Below, one piece after another: positions 10,297 through 19,146 of a stretch of DNA of 64,000 nt (position 1 is its first letter; the number at the start of each line of letters is the position of its first letter). The notes under the pieces were generated by a model. The model had not been told where the DNA came from. It made no database searches and worked only from the letters and a program-made list of their open reading frames with translations. The stretch covers positions 384,001-448,000 of the forward strand of contig JAXSNR010000001.1 of NCBI GenBank assembly GCA_037925075.1, in the 5' to 3' direction. The stretch is from Aquificaceae bacterium (GTDB lineage: Bacteria; Aquificota; Aquificia; Aquificales; Aquificaceae). The position numbers and the translations under genes are program-made.

Positions 10297-10359
10297 CTCC
10301 TTACCTCCTTTAAGAATAATATTACTTCCCCTGTGTTAAGATTTCATTAAGACTTTCGG

Positions 10360-10521
10360 TCAAAACCTCCCCAAAAGCTGTAAACTATAGAGATTCCTCT
10401 TGTAGGCATAATAATTTATCGTAGAAATATTCCTCATGTATGTGTAGCCCAGCAGTAAGGAAAAGTTCTTGTAGAAGGCGAAACTAACAAAGGGAGAGAG
10501 GCTTATGTAGACATCCCTTCT
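10360..10521 (-). CDS. -1 frame continuation (53 aa, RRDVYISLSPF...LQLLGRF) completing the beta-barrel of the upstream ORF
   Basis: Open frame starts at the A7 run (10521-10527); amphipathic aromatic strands; terminal Phe. Confidence 0.8.
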   Translation of the reverse strand, partial: RRDVYISLSPFVSFAFYKNFSLLLGYTYMRNISTINYYAYKRNLYSLQLLGRF

Positions 10522-13500
10522 TTTTTTAGAAAGGCCTGATTTTCCTGAGTGTAGTTATAACCTTCAAGCGTACCTCTCATACCGATGGATAAATTCTTAA
10601 GCAATGCATAAGAAGACATGAGCTGTACGCCGGCGGAGAGGTTATCCCAGTTTTTGCCCTTTGCGTCTGTGTATTTTACAAAAAACTCGATGTTTGAATA
10701 GAGCTTATCCGAAAGATATTCGTATTGATGACCTCCCCTGAAAAAGTAGCCATCTCTGTTTTCAAAGTCAAAAGGCTGTGAAAGATAGTCCTGATAGCCA
10801 AGGCTTATATAAGGGGTGCCGTAGTTGCTTCTATAACCCAAACCTATCTGGCTTATGCTGGCATAAAAGTCCCCTCCTAAGGTTATATAATCGAACTTTG
10901 CAGGAAAAGAAAGAGTTCCAAGCCTCGGTTCAATCTCAAGGCTGTAATAGTTGATGTTATAGGAAGAGCCCTTTTCGTTGGAAGAAAGGTAAGCCCTTGC
11001 CCTTGTCTTTACGGAATCTCCATCGTATGAAGCGGATAGAGATGTAAAATACTTCCAAGTTTTTATCTTGGTTTCAAGCTCAAAGGCACCGAGAAGATTT
11101 GTATCGTACTCTGAACCAAGGGAGAGGTTTAGGTTTAGCCTTTTTCTATTTAGGTGGGAGTTTTTGAGGTTTTGACCATATATGTAGTACTCTGTGCCCT
11201 TTTGTATTGCTTCTACGCTTTTTTGCAATCTGTAGGTTTCGCCCTCCATTGAATATATCTGAGAGAGGTAAAACTGAGCTTCCGAGTAATGTTCAGAGGA
11301 GGGTTTTACCTTCAAAAGTGCATATTTTGCCTTTGTGTATTGACCTTCAAGCATATAGAGATGCCCTTTTGTAAATTGGTATGCATCCCCTTTATCTTTT
11401 ACCTTTTCAAGAAGACTCCAAGCCTTGTTTAAATCTCCATCCAATCCATACAAATACGCAAGCCTAAGCCTTAGTCTGTCGGATGGTATGAACTTAATGT
11501 CTTCCTCTACATGCTTTATAGCCTCCTTTGTCATACCCATCTTTAAAAGTAGGTATGACCTCAACAAGGACCTCTCTTCAGAAAGCCCTCTGGTTTTTAT
11601 AAGCTCTTCCAGCACCATGTGTGCCTCTTCGTATTCGCCTTCCTTTAGGTGCCTCTGCAAAAGCTCTTCGTTCGCAAAGGATGAAAGGTTTATGAGAAAA
11701 AGCACTGCCAAAAGCTTCATAAAGTTGAACCTTCTCAAAAACACAAACAAGGGCAAAAATAGCGTGAATATAAAAGACAGGTCCCTTGAATTGCCCATGC
11801 TACAACCTCCACTCTTTCTGTAATCTTCTGGTACCACCGCATAAACTAAGTTCTTTGTATCTACTTTACCGTTTATCACACCATCTCTATCAAGGATGCT
11901 ACCATCTTCTACCCTTATTTTCACAGACCTCCCTTCTATCTTGGAAAAGTCTGTTATATCAACGCAACCAGTATTTGTGCAAGCAAACACCTTTGCCCTT
12001 GGGTTCAGGTCTCTGTCGTAGGTTATGGTTAGGGTTGTGGAAAACTTCTCAGATTGCTTTGTAAGAAATGTGCCAACTCTTGAAGAGGGTGGCTCTATGC
12101 CGAGATGAATACCGCCAAACATGGGCACAAAGGTAGAAGGTGTAGGGCATTGAGCGGGTGGTACAAACTCCGCAGAGGTTATTTTTGCTTCATCCTGAGG
12201 CACTTGGACGTTTATGTTTATGTTTTCACCGTCAATGGTGATTGCTGGTATATTAGCGATATTTTCCGGGGGTGGGGGTGGTGGCGGGGGTGGTGGCGGG
12301 GGTTCTGGTGGTGGTATTATTATAGGACCTCCGCCTCCTCCACCACCAGAGGGTGGCGAGCTTGGATATATGGTGCTTATGGTTACAGAAAAATCATAGT
12401 TTGATGGCGTTGTGAGGGTTGTGAATGTTCCTGTATTTGATGTAGTACTTGTCGAAGAAGATGAAATAGATAAAGAGATAGTTTCGGTTGAAGCAGTATA
12501 AGGTGTGTATCCAGAAAAACCCGATATACCCGGTATGGCAAGGTTGTTGTCAGAAAAGGCTATGTAGGTTGAACCAGACCAAGTTAGTATATAGCCACCG
12601 GATATGGCAAAAGCTCCAAGACCGTAGCTTGGTGTTACCGTTTGGTAAGAAGCACCAGTTGATACATTAAGAGCAGTACCCACAGGTATAAAAACAGCCG
12701 TGGATGTGGATAAATCCATCCCGCTAACTATAAAACCTGTCCCTGTGCTGTTAGGATGTAGGTGGAGCGCATCTACGTTGTTTAGTTTTATACCACTGGC
12801 TGTTGTACCACTAACCTTAACCACACTGTAGGTTGAAGAAGAATCCCTTACTAAAAGAAAATCACCACCACTTAGACTCAAGGCGTCTTCCAAGTAAAAA
12901 TTACTTGCTGCGGTATAGTCCTGAATAGTCATATTACATGAAGAAGAGTTTATAGAGTACTGTCCTATTGTATTGGTACCGCTTACATCCCTGTGTCCAT
13001 AGGCAGTTATGGTTTCTGTTGCCGAAACCACACGACTTATTGAAAGCCCTGGAAGTGTATAAGAGCAACCGCTATATGTTGATAAATTGCTATCAAACCA
13101 TATAACAAAAGCACCTTGAATATTTCCACTACCACAATTTCCTGCACCTGTCATGTATATGTTGCTACCTATTACTTTTAAATCATCTATAGGAAGATAT
13201 GAATCGGTACACGGTATTTTCACAAGCGCACTAGTAGAGCCACTATCTCTGTCCACTTTTGCTATGTAGAAGCCTTCACCGCCTTTGCTACTTGCGAGTA
13301 TATATTCATTTGAGTATTCTACAACTTTTAACTCATTACCGGGTATTGCATAGACTTTTGACAATCTCAAAATACCATCGGAGTCAACTTTTATGATAAC
13401 TGGCGAGTTGGAACTCGTCCCATATATTACTACATTGCCACCACTATCCAAAAAGGTCCCATAAGGTGAAAATTGGTTTGCGGGTTGCACCTGTAAGATT

Positions 13501-13616
13501 GTTTGCGAAAGTGCCTTGGGTTTTAGGGTTTTTGATCTTGCATGCATTAGGACACCAAAGCCAAGTACAAGGACCACAAGTAGTAAAGGGATCAACTTGC
13601 TTTTCATTTCTTTCAT
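10503..13616 (-). CDS. Large exported protein: Ser/Thr-rich beta domain, Gly/Pro linker, surface domain with GGC-TM-RR sorting signal, then in-frame signal peptide, TPR and outer-membrane beta-barrel (frameshifted near the end)
   Basis: N-terminal hydrophobic segment; poly-Pro; DGSILDRDGVING; SGGCSMG..FIFTLFLPLFVFLRR; MKLLAVLFLINLSSFA at 11720; TPR-like helices; SLGSEYDTN barrel start. Confidence 0.75.
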   Translation of the reverse strand: MKEMKSKLIPLLLVVLVLGFGVLMHARSKTLKPKALSQTILQVQPANQFSPYGTFLDSGGNVVIYGTSSNSPVIIKVDSDGILRLSKVYAIPGNELKVVEYSNEYILASSKGGEGFYIAKVDRDSGSTSALVKIPCTDSYLPIDDLKVIGSNIYMTGAGNCGSGNIQGAFVIWFDSNLSTYSGCSYTLPGLSISRVVSATETITAYGHRDVSGTNTIGQYSINSSSCNMTIQDYTAASNFYLEDALSLSGGDFLLVRDSSSTYSVVKVSGTTASGIKLNNVDALHLHPNSTGTGFIVSGMDLSTSTAVFIPVGTALNVSTGASYQTVTPSYGLGAFAISGGYILTWSGSTYIAFSDNNLAIPGISGFSGYTPYTASTETISLSISSSSTSTTSNTGTFTTLTTPSNYDFSVTISTIYPSSPPSGGGGGGGPIIIPPPEPPPPPPPPPPPPENIANIPAITIDGENININVQVPQDEAKITSAEFVPPAQCPTPSTFVPMFGGIHLGIEPPSSRVGTFLTKQSEKFSTTLTITYDRDLNPRAKVFACTNTGCVDITDFSKIEGRSVKIRVEDGSILDRDGVINGKVDTKNLVYAVVPEDYRKSGGCSMGNSRDLSFIFTLFLPLFVFLRRFNFMKLLAVLFLINLSSFANEELLQRHLKEGEYEEAHMVLEELIKTRGLSEERSLLRSYLLLKMGMTKEAIKHVEEDIKFIPSDRLRLRLAYLYGLDGDLNKAWSLLEKVKDKGDAYQFTKGHLYMLEGQYTKAKYALLKVKPSSEHYSEAQFYLSQIYSMEGETYRLQKSVEAIQKGTEYYIYGQNLKNSHLNRKRLNLNLSLGSEYDTNLLGAFELETKIKTWKYFTSLSASYDGDSVKTRARAYLSSNEKGSSYNINYYSLEIEPRLGTLSFPAKFDYITLGGDFYASISQIGLGYRSNYGTPYISLGYQDYLSQPFDFENRDGYFFRGGHQYEYLSDKLYSNIEFFVKYTDAKGKNWDNLSAGVQLMSSYALLKNLSIGMRGTLEGYNYTQENQAFLKKEGMST
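12267..12350. repeat. Low-complexity GGT/GGC/CCA repeats encoding the Gly/Pro linker
   Basis: ggtggtggcggg repeats encoding GGGGGGGPIIIPPPEPPPPPPPPPPPP. Confidence 0.85.
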
Positions 13617-13637
13617 CTTAGATCCCTCCTATGTATA

Positions 13638-13666
13638 AGTATAACATCACAATATTAGCTTTACAA
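13638..13666 (-). promoter_or_regulatory. Sigma70-type promoter of the large surface protein
   Basis: TTGTAA-17 nt-TATACT with extended TG, followed by SD AGGAGG. Confidence 0.65.
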
Positions 13667-13696
13667 CCCTTATACCTTTAACCCCTAAACTCTATA

Positions 13697-14779
13697 CTAA
13701 TCTCCATACTTTTCTTTTATCCTAATGACTTCATCAATATTTTCCACAAACAGGTCAAATATGTGTGGGTCTAAGTGCGTCCCAGCGATACCTCTCATGT
13801 ATTTCAAAGCTTCTTCTACACTCCATGCAGGCTTGTATGGGCGTTCGGAGGTTAAGGCGTCAAATATGTCCGCAATGGCGGTTATACGAGCTTCTGTACA
13901 TATATCTTGTCCCTTTTTACCGTAGGGATATCCTGTCCCGTCGTATTTTTCATGATGTTCTAAGGCTATACGCGCCGCCATCTGTAAGAGTTCACTACTA
14001 CTACCACTTAGTATCTCGTAGCCTATAATGGTATGCCTTTTCATTATTTCCCACTCCTCTGCGTCAAGCTTACCCTTTTTTAGCAGTACATTGTCTGGAA
14101 TACCTATCTTGCCTATATCGTGCATAGGTGCTGCTAGCTTTATGTTATAACAATAATTTTCATCAAAACCCATCTTTTGAGCAATAAAGCTTGAGATTAG
14201 ACCTATGCGAATAATGTGGTTGTATGTTTCTGGATCCTTGTATTCCGCAGCGTATGAGAGCCTTGTTATGGTTTCTTCGTATGCCTCACGCAATTTCTTA
14301 TGGAGCATACTGGCTTCAAGAGAATCAGAAGCATAAACTGACAAAAGCGTTAGAAATTCCACATCTTCCCTGTTAAAATCTCCTTTTAGCTTGTTTATTG
14401 CCTGAAAAACTCCAAAAACTTTGCCTTTACTATCTATAAGAGGAGAAGTAAGTATATTTTTAGTGTGATAGCCCGTACGCGAATCAACTTCTCTGTTGAA
14501 TTTTGGATGGGCGTATGCGTCGTTCACAATAAGAGGTTCTCCGGTTCTAAAGGATTCACCCACTATTCCTGTATCCGCATCCACCTCTATTCTTATACCA
14601 CCGTGGGCTACGATGGTATAAAGCTTATTTGATTTTTCATCGTACACGAAGAGGCTACATCGGTCAACGTCAAGCATACTTTTTGCAAGGTCAGCCAGCA
14701 TTGGTATTAGCTTTTCTGGATCCTTCTCCTTTGCTATATTTCCCGCAAAGCTCAACAGGGTTTTAACCTTATTATACAT
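13697..14779 (-). CDS. GAF + HD-GYP phosphodiesterase (c-di-GMP-type)
   Basis: [59 protein letters not shown]. Confidence 0.92.
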   Translation of the reverse strand: MYNKVKTLLSFAGNIAKEKDPEKLIPMLADLAKSMLDVDRCSLFVYDEKSNKLYTIVAHGGIRIEVDADTGIVGESFRTGEPLIVNDAYAHPKFNREVDSRTGYHTKNILTSPLIDSKGKVFGVFQAINKLKGDFNREDVEFLTLLSVYASDSLEASMLHKKLREAYEETITRLSYAAEYKDPETYNHIIRIGLISSFIAQKMGFDENYCYNIKLAAPMHDIGKIGIPDNVLLKKGKLDAEEWEIMKRHTIIGYEILSGSSSELLQMAARIALEHHEKYDGTGYPYGKKGQDICTEARITAIADIFDALTSERPYKPAWSVEEALKYMRGIAGTHLDPHIFDLFVENIDEVIRIKEKYGD

Positions 14780-15464
14780 GGGCTATACTTCTCAAGTAAG
14801 ACCTTAGCCTGTTGGGATTTAGCTTTATCGTGTAAACTGTATCTTCCTTGCCCTCTTCTTGTATATTCTGCACGTTTTCTATCTTGACGATACCGGGCTT
14901 TGTAAGTACATTGAGCACCTTCTCCACTGTTGAAGGCTCCATGTTGTACTCTATTGAGAACTTTTTTATGTATAGTTGAACCGTTCCCTCTTCGGGAGTA
15001 TAGTATGGATTTTCTTCTAATTGTAGGTTTTCCAACAAATAAGTACCAATAACGTAAACAAGTTTTGATGTGGCAATGTTTGTTACCCTTTTATTAAGAT
15101 TATTCACCCTCTTGGAAAACTCCTTTAGCATAATGTAGGAGATTTCAGGCACCTTACTAACTACCTCTAAAAAGCTATCAGCTTCAAAAGCTATAGTAAC
15201 AACATTAGAAGATGCCCTTGCTGTTGCGGTTCTCTCACCCTCAAGAAACAATCCCATTTCACCTATTACGCTACCCGGACCAGCCAAGCCTACAAAAACA
15301 TCCTCACCGCTCGGGGTTTTTTTAAATACAGAAACATGCCCACTTACTACTACGTGAACTTGGTCAGCCTTTTCACCTTCCCTGTATATAATGTCACCCA
15401 TATTAAATTTCATCTCTTTACCCATATCCTTGATCTTGGCTATCATATCTTCTTTAAGCTCCAT
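14772..15464 (-). CDS. Crp/Fnr-family cNMP-binding regulator
   Basis: cNMP domain with GEMGLF..RTATARA phosphate-binding cassette; C-terminal winged-helix-like region. Confidence 0.85.
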   Translation of the reverse strand: MELKEDMIAKIKDMGKEMKFNMGDIIYREGEKADQVHVVVSGHVSVFKKTPSGEDVFVGLAGPGSVIGEMGLFLEGERTATARASSNVVTIAFEADSFLEVVSKVPEISYIMLKEFSKRVNNLNKRVTNIATSKLVYVIGTYLLENLQLEENPYYTPEEGTVQLYIKKFSIEYNMEPSTVEKVLNVLTKPGIVKIENVQNIQEEGKEDTVYTIKLNPNRLRSYLRSIAHV

Positions 15465-15496
15465 GTACCACCTCCTCTACCTTATTAATATTAATT

Positions 15497-16285
15497 TTAA
15501 ACCCAAAGGGTCTTCTTTCCAACTAAGGGTATAACCTTTCTGTTCATGCTTTTAAGCTCATCCGCGATTTCTTCTTCGTAGGCGGGTTTAAGATGGACAG
15601 CGTAAATTTTCACATCCTTTCTTTTTAGGAAACTAAGGTCTTCTCTGAGGCTCTTGGGTGTATTGTGCAAGCTTACGTAAGCTATCTTGGAAAGATAAGA
15701 GGGAAAAGAGACATCCACCAAAACAAGTTTTATCTGGGTATCTTCTTGGACCATCTGCCACAGTCGTGGGTTCCTGTGTGTGTCTGAGGTGTACACAAAC
15801 CCTTTCTTATCCTTTTTAACTACAAGGCTTATGGTAGGAACCGTGTGGTTGCTCATAATGGGTAAAATAGAATACCCATCTATTTCTAATTCCTTCTCTG
15901 GGTGTATTTCTACATACTCTATTGCATACTCCTCGTTAAAAGGGAGTTTAAGCGAGCCAAACTCTGGCCATATGTCCCAGTTCATAATATTCCTTCTAAG
16001 GGATTCAAGGGTCTCCGGAAGGCCATAAACCTTTAAAGGTCTATCTCTCAAACCGTATGTGTAGTCTATTAAAAAGGGGATGTCCACTAAATGGTCTAAG
16101 TGTGAGTGGGTTATTATTATGTGGTAAATATTTAAAAGCTCTTCTCCTTTTAGGGCAAAGACATTGCCAGCATCTATAAGCAAACTGGGAGGAAGGTAAA
16201 GACACATGGTATGTCTCCCTTCTACCTTGCCCCCAGAACTGCCCAGTAATTTAAAAGTCCAGCTTTTACTTTTCTTTTGCCACAT
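15497..16285 (-). CDS. Class II 3',5'-cyclic nucleotide phosphodiesterase (metallo-beta-lactamase fold)
   Basis: LLGSSGG, LLIDAG, THSHLDH, NWDIWP, HTVP, TSDT, HLKP. Confidence 0.87.
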   Translation of the reverse strand: MWQKKSKSWTFKLLGSSGGKVEGRHTMCLYLPPSLLIDAGNVFALKGEELLNIYHIIITHSHLDHLVDIPFLIDYTYGLRDRPLKVYGLPETLESLRRNIMNWDIWPEFGSLKLPFNEEYAIEYVEIHPEKELEIDGYSILPIMSNHTVPTISLVVKKDKKGFVYTSDTHRNPRLWQMVQEDTQIKLVLVDVSFPSYLSKIAYVSLHNTPKSLREDLSFLKRKDVKIYAVHLKPAYEEEIADELKSMNRKVIPLVGKKTLWV

Positions 16286-18323
16286 AAACGCCCTCCCAAG
16301 AGATTGGTGGTTCCATTATCAAGCTTTTGCACCTCTCAAGCATGGTGCTCGAGGGTCTATCTTTATATGTTATAACAAGTTGTTCAAAACCTTTCATCGC
16401 CTCTTCAAAGTTTCCCTCAAAGTACTCTTCTAAACTTCCCTTGTAAAGTTCTGCCAATGATCTGTTTATCGGTGTATCTTCCATAAGTTCATAAAGTAGG
16501 ACGGGCTTTTTCTTCCCTTTAACCGCCACCTTGTCCAAGGGTCTTAGCAAGAATTTATCCATAACATACTCCGCGGTGTATTCGCTCAGTATAATATTGG
16601 TGCCATAAAGCTTGTTCAGCCCCTCAAGCCTAGAGGCCAAGTTTACCGTATCGCCTATTGCGGTGTAGTCAAACCGTAGATTAGAACCCATATTGCCAAC
16701 AATGGCATAGCCGGTGTTTATGCCCACGCCTATGTCTAAATTGAGCTTATACTCTTCCACAAAGATGGTATTTAACTCCCTTAATTTTTCAAGCATACGC
16801 AGTGCGGTTCTGCATGCCCTCATGGGGTGTTCCGGAAGGTCTATGGGTGCGTTGAAAACCGCCATAATGGCATCTCCTATGTACTTGTCAAGCATTCCTC
16901 CCTCTTCAAGGACTATGTATGTCATAGGTTCAAGGTACTTGTTAAGTACGGAGACGAGAACCTCCGGTTCCATGCTTTCCGACATGGTTGTAAAACCTCT
17001 TATGTCAGAAAAAAGCACCGTTATTTGTCTTCTTTCACCCCCAAGCCTAAGCCTTTCTGGGTTTTTTAGTATTATTTCCAAAAGCTGCGGAGAAACATAG
17101 CTTGAAAAAGCTTTCCTAAGTTCTGCAACCCGCCTTTCTGATGCGTAATAGAGATAGGCTTCAAGGCTTAGGTAGGAAAAACTGAGGGATAAAATTGGGT
17201 AGAAAAAGGGAACATATGTCTTAAGATACACAAAGCTGAGCAAAGGTATGGCTACAAAGATAAAAACAACTATAAAAAAGGCAATTGCCCTGCTTCTTAA
17301 CCTTTTTAGCTTTTTAAACAGGGGAAGAAGTAAGATAGGTGCGGGTACGGTCGCGTAAGCACTCCAAGAAAGGTCCTTTATGAGCTCACCTTTGAGAAGG
17401 TTAGAAAGAGCTATGTAGTGCAAGAAAACTCCCGGTGTTGATGAATCAATTGGCGTAGGCCTTATATCATATATGCCTATCTCGGTTGCACCAAAGAAGA
17501 CTATCTTTTTCTCCAGATTTACCCTACCCTTGAGAACATCCACCGCAGGGACCACCTTTACATCTGTAAGCTTGGGTAGGTTCAACAGCACATGGGAGTT
17601 TCTGGAGACGGGTATCTCCATCTGTCCAAAGCTTGCCCTTTGTACGCCTTTTTTTGAGAGAGTTAGCTCAAGGTCCTTGTTAGTATAAAGCCTGTAAACC
17701 TGAAAAGCCATAGAGGGGAAAAAGCTTCCTTGAAACATGTAGGCTATGGGGTAGGTCCTGTAAAGTCCGTCCGCATCCGGTTCTGAATTGAAGGGTGCCT
17801 GCATCAGAGCGGAGGTGGCAATAACGGGAATACTGACTTCTACAAAAGGGAACTCCCTTAAACCCACCTTCTGGTCAAGTTTTTTAACTCTCAAAAGCTC
17901 ACTATTTCTAAGATAATCAACCTGTTCTGTGGAGGTAGCCTGCGTAGCAACTCCTCTGAAAAAGAAACCAAGCACTACATTTCCGGAAAATTCTATAGCC
18001 CTTGCTAATTCTTGGTCTCCTTGAGAGGGTTCGGAGAACACCACATCAAAGGCAACAAGCTCTGCGGTAGACATTTTCTCTACGATCCTTGCCATGATCT
18101 CCCTGCTCCATGGCCACCTGCCCAGCTCGTTTACGCTCTTTTCATCCACCGCCACCACCATAAGGTCAGGGTGAGGTTTGTGTTGATTTCCAAGTATATG
18201 CTGGAGGTAGTATAAAATGTCTTCAAACCTCAGTCTTACCGCTTCCGCAAAAACAAAACGAAAGTGCAGCAAAGCTAATAGAAAAAGCACCAAAAACAGG
18301 TTGAAAATTACTACCTTACGCAA
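16266..18323 (-). CDS. CHASE2-domain class III adenylate cyclase
   Basis: CHASE2 VAVDEKS..LGRWPWSR, FDVVFSE, DADG.YR; 3 TM; LFSDIRGFT, DKYIGDAIM, YTAIGDTVNLASRLE. Confidence 0.93.
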   Translation of the reverse strand: MRKVVIFNLFLVLFLLALLHFRFVFAEAVRLRFEDILYYLQHILGNQHKPHPDLMVVAVDEKSVNELGRWPWSREIMARIVEKMSTAELVAFDVVFSEPSQGDQELARAIEFSGNVVLGFFFRGVATQATSTEQVDYLRNSELLRVKKLDQKVGLREFPFVEVSIPVIATSALMQAPFNSEPDADGLYRTYPIAYMFQGSFFPSMAFQVYRLYTNKDLELTLSKKGVQRASFGQMEIPVSRNSHVLLNLPKLTDVKVVPAVDVLKGRVNLEKKIVFFGATEIGIYDIRPTPIDSSTPGVFLHYIALSNLLKGELIKDLSWSAYATVPAPILLLPLFKKLKRLRSRAIAFFIVVFIFVAIPLLSFVYLKTYVPFFYPILSLSFSYLSLEAYLYYASERRVAELRKAFSSYVSPQLLEIILKNPERLRLGGERRQITVLFSDIRGFTTMSESMEPEVLVSVLNKYLEPMTYIVLEEGGMLDKYIGDAIMAVFNAPIDLPEHPMRACRTALRMLEKLRELNTIFVEEYKLNLDIGVGINTGYAIVGNMGSNLRFDYTAIGDTVNLASRLEGLNKLYGTNIILSEYTAEYVMDKFLLRPLDKVAVKGKKKPVLLYELMEDTPINRSLAELYKGSLEEYFEGNFEEAMKGFEQLVITYKDRPSSTMLERCKSLIMEPPISWEGVYVAKEK

Positions 18324-18925
18324 GGTGGGGTTACTTCTGGCACCGGTGGCCGTTCTGGCTCCCTTATGAGTGGTGTTTGAGTCTCGGTAGGTATGCTAAC
18401 ATTCTTAACAGCTTCAGAAGTGGCAACATAACCAGCGCCCGGCGTAGCTACAAAGCTCACGTTAGGATTGTTTATTGGCAGTATTTGGACTGCCCCCGTG
18501 AAAACTACTACCAGTGTAGCTGTGGGGCTCACATCAACCAAAAAGGTTGTACCCTTGACACCAAGTATGGCGGTAGGCGTCCTAACCTCAAAGCCTTCGC
18601 CTGATTTCAATTTAGTGACTTCAAACAAAACCCTACCGCGTGTGACATTTATGGTTTTCTTGGTCTGATAGTCTATCACATCAAGCCTTGTAAGTGGTCC
18701 AAGCTCCACATTGTTACCATCTATGAAAGAAATCTTTGCCGTGCCGTCGCTTTTTGTCCTTAGTACATCCCCCACAGAAAGTGCAACATCCGCCTGAGTT
18801 AGAGGCTGGGGTCTGACCTGACCCTTCTGTAGCTTGTCTACCTTGCCACTGAAGCTATCCACCTTGCCCACATCAAGTGCAAAGGAATACCAAATTACTA
18901 CAAGTAGAAGCAAAATACCTATCAT
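18311..18925 (-). CDS. Exported FecR-domain protein
   Basis: Signal peptide MIGILLLLVVIWYSFA; GDVLRT..DG.A.I.F.DG, FEVRTPTAILGVKGTTF, VVVFTGAV. Confidence 0.85.
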   Translation of the reverse strand: MIGILLLLVVIWYSFALDVGKVDSFSGKVDKLQKGQVRPQPLTQADVALSVGDVLRTKSDGTAKISFIDGNNVELGPLTRLDVIDYQTKKTINVTRGRVLFEVTKLKSGEGFEVRTPTAILGVKGTTFLVDVSPTATLVVVFTGAVQILPINNPNVSFVATPGAGYVATSEAVKNVSIPTETQTPLIREPERPPVPEVTPPCVR

Positions 18926-18967
18926 GGCACATGCCTCGCAAACCAGAGTGTACATAATTGCACTCTG

Positions 18968-19092
18968 GGCTGGGGGATTTGTATCCCGCCTTTTTAAGTT
19001 GGCTCAGTCCCCAGCCGGCGGTATTTGAGCCAACTGTAGCTAAAAAGTCCTTCCTCTTTTGTCCTCTGAAAAGCCCCCTTAGAGCTTTCCAG
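18968..19092 (-). promoter_or_regulatory. Putative structured RNA leader (hairpins/pseudoknot) upstream of the cAMP cluster
   Basis: Stems at 19066-19092 and 18997-19035; the loop of the second is complementary to 18968-18975. Confidence 0.4.
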
Positions 19093-19146
19093 TGTTCGCC
19101 CTTTGGATCCACAGCATGATACCTCCCAGTAAAAATATAATACTCT

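Noticed and set aside
19030..19110. c-di-GMP-I (GEMM) riboswitch call from GGGCGAAC...GGACAAAAG similarity
   Set aside because: No GNRA tetraloop or receptor at the expected places; kept only as an unassigned structured leader
18873..19112. 79-aa ORF with an upstream GGAGGT
   Set aside because: No recognisable motif, overlaps the FecR start out of frame and coincides with the hairpins; not excluded but unsupported
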